Below are positions 7,837 through 17,331 of a stretch of 64,000 nucleotides of DNA, piece by piece (the stretch's first letter is position 1; each line of letters starts with the position of its first letter). The stretch is from positions 1,401-65,400 of the IMG/VR virus record IMGVR_UViG_3300012347_000350. The stretch is one strand, 5' to 3'. A model generated the notes under the pieces. It was not told the DNA's origin and searched no databases. It was given only the letters and a program-made list of their open reading frames with translations. The translations under genes and the position numbers were made by a program. The DNA comes from a virus.

Positions 7837-9533
7837 TACTGCCCAATGATTGTTAGTGAGTATGCGCCAGCATAACCCGCACGACCCGGAATACCGCCTG
7901 CACCTCCAGCACCTGCGGCTCCCACAACTACGGTAATGTACCCACCAAGAGGAATAGTAATAGTACGACTATCGTAACCACCTACTGAGCCGTTCTGACC
8001 CATTTCACCCAAGTACCACTCATATCCACTTCCTCCAGCAGCACCGTCTTCGGCTCTGATAATAACGGGAGAGCGAAGAATAATGAATGGAGGCTCAGGC
8101 TGGTTGAAAATCTTAACTGTCGAGCCGCCAGCTCCCCCTAGCGTTGTGTAAGTCGCAATATGCGCCCCAGCTGCGTTATAAACGTAGGCAATACTGTTGC
8201 CACCTGCGCCGCCAGCCGTGTGTGCTTGTGGATACGCGTTAACGTTTCCTGTACCACCTCCTCCACCGCCAACCATTTTCAAGTTAAAAGAAGTGAATAG
8301 GCCGGTGTTGTTTGTATAGCTGAACGTTCCAGAGATGCCTGAAGACCCAACTACAGAACCAGGTTGAGTAACCGAAACTGATTGGCCGGCAACTTGCAGT
8401 CCATCAGTAGCAGAGTACCGAAACAACCCGTTAGGGCCTCCAATGGCAACGCCTGCAACACCTGCAGAATCTACTCCAATCCAAAAGCCTGCGTTGGCAA
8501 CGTCTGCCACCGATGTTTTACCAAATCGGATATAGGTAGCCGTGTTTGGATCACGCTGCATAGTGATCTGACCCACCTTCTGCGTGATCGAAGATAGGTT
8601 GTTGATCGTAGCCGTGTTGATCTTGGCAAAATCAATCGTGGCATTCTGAATCACTGCTTGGTTGATAAAGACTTCATTGTTTTGAATGATGAAGGGCTTT
8701 TTCTTGTTGGCTGCAGTGCGGCCTACCCAGAATGTGTCGACGTCAAAGCCTGCTTCGACACTGGTCCCATTGTTGGCTAGACCAAAGCCACCCACCAAGC
8801 CATTGACGGTCAGCTTGGCCGTGTACATAGCACTCACGTCACCTGTGACCGAGTCGATGCTGGCTTGCAGTGATGTCTGCGCCGTGGCCAGGTTCTCCTC
8901 TGTTGCCACAGCCAAGGTGTTGATCGAGCTGGCAAACGCCTGCTCGGCGCTCTGGCGAGCTGTTACCTCATTGGTGATGAGCACAAACGACTCTTCGAGG
9001 TCAGATTGCACCAGCGCAATGGCATTTCGAATAGACACTTGCTCGGCAGACAGCAAGCCATTTACTGATTCCTGAGCGACTTGGTACAGATCAGCTTTGT
9101 CGACTTGAGTCTTCATCTCAACCGACAACATGCTGTAGTCGATCTGAGCCGTCAGGTTCTCGATGATCTGGTCAATGGTCTGGCGAGGCACTGCAGCAGC
9201 TGGTCCATATGGTGCTGATTCGGTGCCATTGATCGACACAAACACCACCCAGTAATACTGAGTCGCCCCAAGACCGGTAGTCCAATCAAAACGGTCGAAG
9301 AATCGATCGCCTCCTGTATTTGCCACCAGCAAAGCCGCATTGAAGCTATTGACGTAGCTGCGAAAAACTTTGGTAAAAGCCACGGCAAACGGATTGGTTG
9401 CGGGCATGTTCCAAGAAACTTCAACCCCACCAAAAGCCGGCGATGCGGTAACGATTGCAGTGCCGCTCGGATCCCCGGGTAGGATCACCGTCCCGATGCC
9501 GGTACCGCAGGTATTGTCAGAACAAGTCATCAA
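7836..9533 (-). CDS. Central tail fibre / host-specificity (J-like) protein
   Basis: 565 aa: FN3-like N-terminus, coiled region, YTAKLTVNGLVGGFGL...FDVDTF...PFIIQNNEVFINQAVIQNATI (DUF1983-like), Gly-rich tip. Confidence 0.75.
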   Translation of the reverse strand: MMTCSDNTCGTGIGTVILPGDPSGTAIVTASPAFGGVEVSWNMPATNPFAVAFTKVFRSYVNSFNAALLVANTGGDRFFDRFDWTTGLGATQYYWVVFVSINGTESAPYGPAAAVPRQTIDQIIENLTAQIDYSMLSVEMKTQVDKADLYQVAQESVNGLLSAEQVSIRNAIALVQSDLEESFVLITNEVTARQSAEQAFASSINTLAVATEENLATAQTSLQASIDSVTGDVSAMYTAKLTVNGLVGGFGLANNGTSVEAGFDVDTFWVGRTAANKKKPFIIQNNEVFINQAVIQNATIDFAKINTATINNLSSITQKVGQITMQRDPNTATYIRFGKTSVADVANAGFWIGVDSAGVAGVAIGGPNGLFRYSATDGLQVAGQSVSVTQPGSVVGSSGISGTFSYTNNTGLFTSFNLKMVGGGGGGTGNVNAYPQAHTAGGAGGNSIAYVYNAAGAHIATYTTLGGAGGSTVKIFNQPEPPFIILRSPVIIRAEDGAAGGSGYEWYLGEMGQNGSVGGYDSRTITIPLGGYITVVVGAAGAGGAGGIPGRAGYAGAYSLTIIGQ

Positions 9534-9562
9534 GACACTCCAAGGCGAAAGCCTTCCCGATT

Positions 9563-9575
9563 TCCCTTAAACCAA
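9563..9575 (+). promoter_or_regulatory. Candidate middle (RNAPII) promoter motif TCCCTTAAACCAA
   Basis: Lies in the 56-bp divergent gap before thyX; exact copy at 17301-17313; variants at 42666 and 53893. Confidence 0.35.
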
Positions 9576-9589
9576 CCAAGAAAGAAACC

Positions 9590-10333
9590 ATGAAAGCAGA
9601 ATATTTAGCCCATTATCTCACCGACCGCGACGTTGCCAATTACGCTCGTCAGTCGTTTGCTACCTTGGCAGACAACTTCAGTGAAGAACAAAACAACAAC
9701 CTGGTCCGATTCCTAGCACGCGGCATGGCCAGCGGGGACTGGGAAAAGTTACTTCAAGAAATCATGGGTACCGACAACAAAGACCGTGACCGAGTACATC
9801 AATTGGCCACCTACATGCGCAAGATTCCTGAGCATTGGGTGCCCTTCGGTCACCCGCACATCACCTTGCGCATGAATGCCCCGATCCCAATCCGAGTCCA
9901 GTGCTTCAAGCACAAGGTCGGTTTTGTGGAATCGGAAGAGTCCCGCCGCTACATTTCAAGCCGCCCCGAAATTTACGTGCCAGACCACATCCGTGAGGCT
10001 GCAGCTTCCGTCAAGCAGGGTTCTGCCGGCGTGCACCCCAACAACGCCTACTGGATTTCTCGCTACTGGTCTGAGTGCAGTCACATGATCGACCTCTATG
10101 AGGAAGCCATCAAGGACGGTGTGTGCCCAGAGCAAGCCCGCTTCATGTTGCCGCAGGGTTGTGAGGTCAACTGGGTGTGGACTGGCTCGCTTTATGCGTT
10201 TGCCAATGCCTACAACCAGCGCTCAGACAGCCATGCGCAGAAAGAAGTACAAGATTTGTTTGCGCAAGTAGACCAAATCATTAGCCCCCTATTCCCAGTG
10301 AGTTGGTCGGCTTTGACACAAGGTGCGTACTAA
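9590..10333 (+). CDS. thyX: FAD-dependent thymidylate synthase
   Basis: Start re-assigned to ATG 9590; PFGHPHITLRM.AP...KHKVGFVESEESRRY...PEQARFMLPQ...W.GSL...R...HAQKE ThyX motifs. Confidence 0.9.
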   Translation: MKAEYLAHYLTDRDVANYARQSFATLADNFSEEQNNNLVRFLARGMASGDWEKLLQEIMGTDNKDRDRVHQLATYMRKIPEHWVPFGHPHITLRMNAPIPIRVQCFKHKVGFVESEESRRYISSRPEIYVPDHIREAAASVKQGSAGVHPNNAYWISRYWSECSHMIDLYEEAIKDGVCPEQARFMLPQGCEVNWVWTGSLYAFANAYNQRSDSHAQKEVQDLFAQVDQIISPLFPVSWSALTQGAY

Positions 10334-10373
10334 CAGCGAAAGCCGCTAAACTCAGCATCCCCCTCCAAACAGG

Positions 10374-10419
10374 GCCAAAGCTCCCGGGTAATTCCTGGGG
10401 GAGTTTTGGCTCTTTTTTT
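10374..10419 (+). terminator. Intrinsic terminator after thyX
   Basis: GCCAAAGCTCCC/GGGAGTTTTGGC stem followed by a T7 run. Confidence 0.75.
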
Positions 10420-10447
10420 GTCCAGGAATATGAAAGCGCTTCCATAC

Positions 10448-12388
10448 ATGCAGACAGAAAAACAACTACCCACCCCGCTACAGGAATACGTGCACAAGAG
10501 CCGCTACGCGCGCTGGATCGACAAAGAGCAGCGTCGTGAGACCTGGCCTGAGACCGTCCAACGCTACGTGGATTACTTCAGCAACAAGTTCCCGCACTAC
10601 CCAAGCCAGCAGATCTACGACGCCATCGTGGACCTGAAAACCATGCCCTCCATGCGTGCGCTCATGACCGCAGGCCCTGCGCTTGAGCGTGACCCCATGG
10701 CTGGCTACAACTGCAGCTTTACGGCCGTAGACGACGTCCGAGCCTTCGACGACATCCTGTACATCCTGATGTGCGGTACCGGTGCAGGCTTCTCGGTGGA
10801 GCGTCAGTTCATCACCAAGCTGCCCATCGTTGGCATCGAAGTGACTTTCAACAGCGAAGGCAAACCCGTGGTGGGCTGCGTCGACAAGCTGACCCCCATC
10901 GACGTGACGATTGAAGTGCGTGACTCCAAAGGTGGCTGGGCCATGGCTCTTCGCCAACTTTTGAATCACCTCTACGCCGGTCACATCCCCAAGTGGGACA
11001 TGAGCAAAGTCCGCCCTGCCGGCGAAAAGCTCAAGACCTTCGGCGGCCGAGCCAGTGGTCCTCAGCCCTTGATCGATCTGTTCACGTTCTCCGTGGACCT
11101 CTTCAAAGGTGCCGTGGGCCGCAAGCTCACTTCCATCGAATGCCATGACCTGGTCTGCAAGATTGCTGACATCGTGGTTGTAGGCGGTGTTCGCCGCTCT
11201 GCATTGATCTCGTTGAGCAACCTCAGCGATGACCGCATGCGTGGTGCCAAGAACGGTCAGTGGTGGGTCATCGATCCACAGCGCGCCTTGGCCAACAACT
11301 CAGCTGCCTACACCGAGCGCCCAGGCATGGAGCTCTTCATGAAGGAATGGCTGAGCCTGATCGAATCCAAGTCTGGTGAGCGCGGCATCTTCAACCGCCA
11401 AGCTGCCATCAACAAGGCTATCGAATCAGGACGCCGTGATCACACCAAGATTGTCGGCACCAATCCCTGTGCAGAGATTACCTTGCGTTCAGCCGGCGTG
11501 TGCAACTTGTCCGAAGTTGTCATCCGCAAGGAAGACACCTTGGCCGATCTGCTCTACAAAGTTGAGATGGCCACCATCATTGGTACCTACCAAGCGATGT
11601 TGACCAACTTCCGTCACGTTCGTTCGATCTGGAAGAAAAACCAGGAAGAAGAACGCCTGCTTGGTGTGAGCTTGACCGGCATCATGGATCACCCAGTGCT
11701 GAGCCAAACAGACCGCGTTGCCATTGACTGGCTGCGCGCAATGAAAGCCAAAGCCATTGAAGTGAACAAGGTGTGGGCCGACAAGCTTGGCATCAACCAA
11801 GCCGCAGCGATCACCACGGTCAAGCCATCAGGCACTGTGTCTCAGTTGGTGGATTCAGCCTCTGGCATTCACCCACGCTACTCCGAGTACTACATCCGCA
11901 CCGTCCGTGCCGACAAGAAAGACCCGCTTGCGCAACTCATGCGTGAGCAGGGCTTCCCAGTCGAAGACGATGTGATGAAGCCACACAGCACTGACGTGTT
12001 TGCATTCCCTGTGCAAGCACCCAGCCATGCAGTCTTCCGCAATGACCGCACTGCTCTTGAGCAGCTCGAGCATTACCTGATGCTGCAAGAAGAGTGGACG
12101 GAGCACAACGTGTCGATCACGGTCTACGTGAAAGACCACGAGTGGATGGGTGTGGGTGACTGGGTCTACCGACACTTCGACCGCATTGCCGGCGTGAGCT
12201 TCTTGCCTCATAGCGATCACAGCTACAAGCAAGCGCCCTACACCGAGTGCACCAAGGAAGAGTACGAAGCATTGCTTGCACGCATGCCTCAGTTCGATTG
12301 GCAAGCACTGGCTACGTTTGAACAAGACGACAGCACAGTGAACACCAAAGAACTGGCTTGCACTGCCGGCGTCTGCGAAATCCTCTAA
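10448..12388 (+). CDS. nrdJ: Class II (adenosylcobalamin-dependent) ribonucleotide reductase, monomeric type
   Basis: SRYARW...RRETW, PSMRALMTAG, YNC, GGVRRSALISLS, NPCAEI, TTVKPSGTVSQL, C-terminal CTAGVCE. Start re-assigned to ATG 10448, downstream of the terminator. Confidence 0.93.
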   Translation: MQTEKQLPTPLQEYVHKSRYARWIDKEQRRETWPETVQRYVDYFSNKFPHYPSQQIYDAIVDLKTMPSMRALMTAGPALERDPMAGYNCSFTAVDDVRAFDDILYILMCGTGAGFSVERQFITKLPIVGIEVTFNSEGKPVVGCVDKLTPIDVTIEVRDSKGGWAMALRQLLNHLYAGHIPKWDMSKVRPAGEKLKTFGGRASGPQPLIDLFTFSVDLFKGAVGRKLTSIECHDLVCKIADIVVVGGVRRSALISLSNLSDDRMRGAKNGQWWVIDPQRALANNSAAYTERPGMELFMKEWLSLIESKSGERGIFNRQAAINKAIESGRRDHTKIVGTNPCAEITLRSAGVCNLSEVVIRKEDTLADLLYKVEMATIIGTYQAMLTNFRHVRSIWKKNQEEERLLGVSLTGIMDHPVLSQTDRVAIDWLRAMKAKAIEVNKVWADKLGINQAAAITTVKPSGTVSQLVDSASGIHPRYSEYYIRTVRADKKDPLAQLMREQGFPVEDDVMKPHSTDVFAFPVQAPSHAVFRNDRTALEQLEHYLMLQEEWTEHNVSITVYVKDHEWMGVGDWVYRHFDRIAGVSFLPHSDHSYKQAPYTECTKEEYEALLARMPQFDWQALATFEQDDSTVNTKELACTAGVCEIL

Positions 12389-12416
12389 GACGTGCAGACC
12401 CCTCCGGGGTCTCTTC

Positions 12417-12448
12417 GAAGAGCCACGAATCCCGTGGCTCTTTTCTTT
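12417..12448 (+). terminator. Intrinsic terminator after nrdJ
   Basis: GAAGAGCCACG/CGTGGCTCTTT stem plus T-rich tail. Confidence 0.7.
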
Positions 12449-12465
12449 CCCCAGCCGAGGAACCT

Positions 12466-12828
12466 ATGACTCTAAAACTAGAACCCCGACGATGCAAAGC
12501 CATGAACTGCAGCACGATTGTGAGAGACAACGGCGAGTTCTGCCCATCTTGCTCTGAAAGCATCAGCCAACGACTCCAAAAGCCAGCGTCGTTATCCATT
12601 GCCGACAAGTACCCCCAGTACTACAAGAAGACCCAAGGTCTCACCGAAATCGACGTCTATGCCGTGCATCACCTGTTCGACATCCAAGACCCGTCGGGCT
12701 GCATTCAGCATGCCAGCAAAAAGCTGCTGCTCGCCGGCGTGCGCACCGGTGGCAAGTCACCCATCAAAGACATCACCGAAGCCCGCGATACGTTGAACCG
12801 TTGGCTCGAGCTGAACCAAACCCTGTAA
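12466..12828 (+). CDS. Conserved phage protein (DUF3310-like) with N-terminal Zn ribbon
   Basis: ATG 12466 after GAGG; CxxxxC...CPSC, then EIDVYAVHHLF...CIQHASKKLLLAGVRTGGK...DI.EA. Confidence 0.6.
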   Translation: MTLKLEPRRCKAMNCSTIVRDNGEFCPSCSESISQRLQKPASLSIADKYPQYYKKTQGLTEIDVYAVHHLFDIQDPSGCIQHASKKLLLAGVRTGGKSPIKDITEARDTLNRWLELNQTL

Positions 12829-12879
12829 CCCCCCAAGCGGGTTCCTCCCGCTTTTTCGATCAATTAACCAAGGACCAGT

Positions 12880-13866
12880 ATGTCTGCTCTCTATGCCAAC
12901 GTCTCGGAGGTGCCACTCGCACTTGCCGTTTTCCTCGCCAGTGATTTCTACGATCACGACGATGATCCCCACACGATCAGTGCGACCACATTGCTCAAGC
13001 CGCTTCGCCAAATCATCTTGGCAGCGCGCGTGCCCCCAGGCGATGGCTTAGTCAACCTGGCCGACATGATGAGCAGCCGTATGGGTAACGCCATTCACGA
13101 CGGCATCGAGAAGGCTTGGACCACCAACTACAAAGCGGCCATGGCAGCGCTGGGCCTGCCCCAACGCGTCATTGACCGCATCCGCATCAACCCCAAACCA
13201 GAAGAGCTCACCGAAGACATCCTGCCGATTTACCTCGAGCAGCGTCTGAAGCGCCAGCTCGGCAAGTGGACGATCAGCGGCAAGTTTGACTTCGTCGGCG
13301 AAGGCCGTGTGCAGGACTTCAAGTCCACCGGCACCTTCACCTACAAGAAGCAAACCAACGCTGAGAAGTACACGCAGCAGGGCAGCATCTATCGCTGGCT
13401 TGACCCACAGCTGATTACCCAAAGTGAGATGGACATCCATTACATCTTCACCGACTGGAAACCCAGCATGGCCAAGACAGATCCCAGCTACCCACCACGA
13501 CGCTTTCACAAGCAGAGCTTCCCGCTCATGTCATTGGTGGAGACAGAGAACTTCATCCGCCGCAAGCTCGAGATGATCGAGCAGTACTGGGATGCAGACG
13601 AAGACGACATCCCACTGTGTGATGACTCCGAGTTGTGGCGCTCAGAACCCCAGTTCAAGTACTACAAGAATCCGCTCAAGACGGCTCGCAGCACAAAGAA
13701 CTTTGAAACCCGACCCGAAGCCATGATCCGCATGGCTGAAGACGGCAATGTCGGCATCGTGAAGGAAGTCCCTGGCCAAGTCACCGCTTGCAAGTACTGC
13801 CCCGCATTTGCCGCTTGCTCTCAAAAAGATCAACTCGTCGCCTCAGGCGATCTCATCCTCACCTAA
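12880..13866 (+). CDS. PD-(D/E)XK (Cas4-like) exonuclease, N4 gp42-like
   Basis: ISATTLLKP, GNAIH, ISGKFDF...VQDFKST, C-terminal CKYC.AF..C; immediately upstream of the primase, as in N4. Confidence 0.8.
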   Translation: MSALYANVSEVPLALAVFLASDFYDHDDDPHTISATTLLKPLRQIILAARVPPGDGLVNLADMMSSRMGNAIHDGIEKAWTTNYKAAMAALGLPQRVIDRIRINPKPEELTEDILPIYLEQRLKRQLGKWTISGKFDFVGEGRVQDFKSTGTFTYKKQTNAEKYTQQGSIYRWLDPQLITQSEMDIHYIFTDWKPSMAKTDPSYPPRRFHKQSFPLMSLVETENFIRRKLEMIEQYWDADEDDIPLCDDSELWRSEPQFKYYKNPLKTARSTKNFETRPEAMIRMAEDGNVGIVKEVPGQVTACKYCPAFAACSQKDQLVASGDLILT

Positions 13867-13877
13867 GAAAGGCTCTC

Positions 13878-16019
13878 ATGAAATCCTACGACGAAATGGA
13901 GTTCAACCCGACCTCAGAAAAACTTGTCAGCATCCTGTGCAACAAGACCCAGAACAGCAACCCGTTGTTCTTCCGAGTGCTCGTGGGTTACTACTTCAGC
14001 CTGGTCGCATCGATGATGCGCACCACCATTGCAACACATGATCGCGGTGACATCCCCGTGAACATGTATGCCCTCAACTTGAGCACATCAGGCTCTGGCA
14101 AAGGCTTCTCCACCAACATCATGGAGAACGCCGTCATCAACCAGTTCCGTGGTCGCTTCCTTGAAGAGACCTTCCCGGTGCTGGCAGAACAGAACATGCC
14201 CAAGCTTGCTGTCAAGCGAGCCAACCGCAAAAGCTCTGATCCCGATGAAGAACTCGTGCGCGTGCAGAAGGAGTTCGAGTTGCTGGGCCCACTGGTCTTC
14301 AGCTTTGACTCTGGTACGCCGGCAGCCGTGAAGCAGATGCGTCACAAGCTGCTGATGGCAGATGCCGGTTCAGTGAACCTGCAGATTGACGAGATCGGCT
14401 CCAACCTGGTCAGCAACACGGACGTGCTCAACACGTTCTTGGAGCTCTACGACATGGGCTTGATTAAACAAAAGCTAGTCAAGAACACATCGGAGAACGT
14501 GCGCTCGGAAGAAATCCTTGGCCGCACACCGACCAACATGCTGTTGTTCGGCACACCCTCCAAGTTGCTGAACGGTGCAAAGACTGAGGAAGAGCTCTAC
14601 TCGATGCTCGAGACAGGCTATGCACGTCGTTGCTTCTTTGGCTACAGCCGTGCGTCTAACAAGACCATGGACATGACGCCTGAGCAAGTCTATGACCAGC
14701 TCACAAACCAAGATAGCAACACGTACCTGGAAGAGATCTCTGATCGCTTGGAGGGCCTGGCCGACATCATCAACGTCAACAAGCGTTTGGTGATGAGCAA
14801 GGAAACCTCACTGCTCTTGATCGAATATCGCATCAAGTGCGAGCGTGAAGCAGAGCTCTACCCAGAGCACGAGGAGATCAAGAAAGCCGAGATCTCTCAC
14901 CGCTACTTCAAGGCATTGAAGTTGGCCGGTGCCTACGCGTTCATCGACGACTCACATGAGCTGACCCAAGATCACCTCTACCAAGCCATCAAGCTGGCTG
15001 AGGAATCGGGCACAGCGTTCACGCAGTTGCTGACTCGTGATCGTGCCTACGTGAAGTTGGCCAAGTACCTTGGCTCGACCAAGCGTGATGTCACCCAAGC
15101 TGACCTGACTGAAGACTTGCCGTTCTATCGCGGAGCTGCAGCGCAGAAGACAGAGATGCTGACCCTCGCTACTGCGTGGGGCTACAAGAACAACGTGATC
15201 ATCAAGAAGTCATTCAGCGATGGCATCGAGTTCTTGCGCGGTGAGACGCTCAAAGAGACCGACATCGACAAGATGGTGTTGAGCTACAGCACCGACATCA
15301 CGACCGACTACCGCAACGAGTACGCCCCGTTTGACCAGCTGCACAAGCTGACTCAAGCACCGGGCTTGCACTGGGTGGCCCATCACCTCAATGGTGGCTA
15401 CCGCAACGAAGAGAACTGCATTCCAGGCTTCAACCTGGTGGTGATCGACGTTGATGGTGGAGTCAACATCAGCACTGTGCAGCTGCTGCTCAAGAACTAC
15501 AAGTACTTGATCTATACGACCAAGCGTCATACGGAAACAGAAAACCGTTTCCGCATCATCATGCCGATCAATTATGAGTTGTCGCTTGATGCCAAGGACT
15601 ACAAAGAGTTCATGAGCAACATCTATGAATGGCTTCCATTCGAGGTGGACACAGCAACCAATCAACGTGCACGCAAGTGGCTGTCTAACGACGGCACCTA
15701 TGTGTACAACGACGGTGAAGTACTCGACGCCTTGCCCTTCATTCCGAAGACCAGCAAGAACGAAGAGCGCAAAGAGCTGATGCACTCACAGCATTCGATG
15801 GACAACCTCGAGCGCTGGGTGATCAACAACATTGGTGACGGCAACCGAAACAACATGCTGCTGCGCTTTGCCATGATCTTGTTGGATGGTGGCTTTGACT
15901 TCGAAAACATCCGCCAACGCGTGATGAGTTTGAACGAGAAGATTGTCGACAAACTGGACGAGGCCGAGATCATGAGCACCATCATGATTACCGTAGCCAA
16001 AGCCATTGCTAAACGATAG
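13878..16019 (+). CDS. N4 gp43-like DNA primase
   Basis: ATG 13878; P-loop-like STSGSGKG, IDEIG, VIDVDGG...YTTKRH...RFRII, C-terminal GNRNNMLLRFA (PriCT-like). Confidence 0.85.
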   Translation: MKSYDEMEFNPTSEKLVSILCNKTQNSNPLFFRVLVGYYFSLVASMMRTTIATHDRGDIPVNMYALNLSTSGSGKGFSTNIMENAVINQFRGRFLEETFPVLAEQNMPKLAVKRANRKSSDPDEELVRVQKEFELLGPLVFSFDSGTPAAVKQMRHKLLMADAGSVNLQIDEIGSNLVSNTDVLNTFLELYDMGLIKQKLVKNTSENVRSEEILGRTPTNMLLFGTPSKLLNGAKTEEELYSMLETGYARRCFFGYSRASNKTMDMTPEQVYDQLTNQDSNTYLEEISDRLEGLADIINVNKRLVMSKETSLLLIEYRIKCEREAELYPEHEEIKKAEISHRYFKALKLAGAYAFIDDSHELTQDHLYQAIKLAEESGTAFTQLLTRDRAYVKLAKYLGSTKRDVTQADLTEDLPFYRGAAAQKTEMLTLATAWGYKNNVIIKKSFSDGIEFLRGETLKETDIDKMVLSYSTDITTDYRNEYAPFDQLHKLTQAPGLHWVAHHLNGGYRNEENCIPGFNLVVIDVDGGVNISTVQLLLKNYKYLIYTTKRHTETENRFRIIMPINYELSLDAKDYKEFMSNIYEWLPFEVDTATNQRARKWLSNDGTYVYNDGEVLDALPFIPKTSKNEERKELMHSQHSMDNLERWVINNIGDGNRNNMLLRFAMILLDGGFDFENIRQRVMSLNEKIVDKLDEAEIMSTIMITVAKAIAKR

Positions 16020-16028
16020 GAGGCCCCC

Positions 16029-16505
16029 ATGGGCTGCGATATTCATTGGTACTCAGAGACCAAAAAAGACGGCAACTGGGTCTGCGACCAAGCGGCATCA
16101 TTTGAGATTGAAAAAGAAGCCGACGGTAGCGAGTACACGCACATGGATAACTTCCCTGATCGTGGCCGTGACTACTGGTGGTTTGGTTTCATTCAACCAG
16201 GTGTTCGCAGTTCGTGGACCATCGGCTTTGACGAATCGTCATTGCCCGATGACCTGTCAAAAGAAGTTGCGGCAATTGTTGAGAGTTACGGCGTAGATGG
16301 TCATAGCCATGGCCATTTCACTCGTGCAGAGCTCAAAGCAAAGTTGAACGAGTTCCATGTGCATCGCACAGAACAACTTATCAACCCAACGACTGAAAGA
16401 GAAGCTGTCAACCACTTTGTTGAGCGTCTCGAAACCACGATCCGCAACCTCAGTGCAGACGTACCCGATGACGACCAACGCGTGGTCTTCTTCTTTGACA
16501 ACTAA
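16029..16505 (+). CDS. Hypothetical phage protein
   Basis: 158 aa with GGAGG RBS; MGCDIH...RDYWWFG...RVVFFFDN family pattern. Confidence 0.7.
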   Translation: MGCDIHWYSETKKDGNWVCDQAASFEIEKEADGSEYTHMDNFPDRGRDYWWFGFIQPGVRSSWTIGFDESSLPDDLSKEVAAIVESYGVDGHSHGHFTRAELKAKLNEFHVHRTEQLINPTTEREAVNHFVERLETTIRNLSADVPDDDQRVVFFFDN

Positions 16506-16552
16506 ACGGTAATGCGCCTCCGGGCGCTTCTGCGAACTACTTAGGAACTTTC

Positions 16553-17278
16553 ATGTCCGAAACCAACGACCATCTCGTCCTGCTGTGCGGCAAATCTGCC
16601 ACCGGCAAATCAGCCTCGCTGATGGGATTGCAGAACCCCGAAGGCGTTCTCTATCTCAATTGTGAGTCTGGCAAGAAACTGCCATTCAAATCCAAGTTCA
16701 TCCAGAAGACGGTCACTGACCCGCTGCAGATCAACGAGGCATTTGACTGGGCAGAAACCAACCCCAATATTCACACCATTGTGGTTGACTCTCTCACGTA
16801 TCTTCTGGATATGTATGAGAGCGTGTACGTGCTGAATTCCAGCAACGGCATGCAAGCGTGGGGCCAGTTTGCTCAGTACTTTAAAACACTGATGCAGCAA
16901 TACGTCGCACGCTCAACAAAGCGAATCATTTTCATTGCTCACACCAGCGACACGCTGAACGAGTCTGAGATGCTGATGGAAACCAAAGTGCCCGTCAAAG
17001 GTTCTTTGAAAAACAACGGCATCGAGAGCTACTTCACTGTCGTGATTGCATCGAAGAAAGTCTCGCTCAAAAATCTGAAGGATTACGGCAGCGATCTGCT
17101 GACTGTGACACCTGAAGAGGAAGCGCTTGGATTCAAGTACGTCTTCCAAACCAAGATCACCAAAGAGACGGTCAACGAACGTCTGCGCGGTCCTCTTGGG
17201 TTGTTCGATACAAAGGAAACTTTCATCGACAACAACATGCAATTGGTCTTAGACCGACTTCACGAGTACTACGCTTAA
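16553..17278 (+). CDS. AAA-family ATPase, N4 gp44-like (Sak4-like)
   Basis: Walker A GKSATGKS, Walker B IVVDSLT; located before SSB. Confidence 0.85.
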   Translation: MSETNDHLVLLCGKSATGKSASLMGLQNPEGVLYLNCESGKKLPFKSKFIQKTVTDPLQINEAFDWAETNPNIHTIVVDSLTYLLDMYESVYVLNSSNGMQAWGQFAQYFKTLMQQYVARSTKRIIFIAHTSDTLNESEMLMETKVPVKGSLKNNGIESYFTVVIASKKVSLKNLKDYGSDLLTVTPEEEALGFKYVFQTKITKETVNERLRGPLGLFDTKETFIDNNMQLVLDRLHEYYA

Positions 17279-17331
17279 CCGCGCGGTAGTCATTCAAAAA
17301 TCCCTTAAACCAAATCGAAAGAAAACACATC

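Noticed and set aside
1164-9533. Diversity-generating retroelement or invertase-driven fibre switching
   Set aside because: No reverse transcriptase, template/variable repeat pair, recombinase or inverted crossover sites found by eye.
10406-10447. Upstream starts in the ORF track for nrdJ (10406), thyX (9455), primase (13788), terL (45909) and others
   Set aside because: They overlap terminators or neighbouring genes; downstream ATGs with an RBS were preferred.
12880-13866. Cas4-like nuclease as evidence of CRISPR
   Set aside because: A conserved N4 gp42-type replication nuclease; no repeat-spacer array or other cas genes seen.
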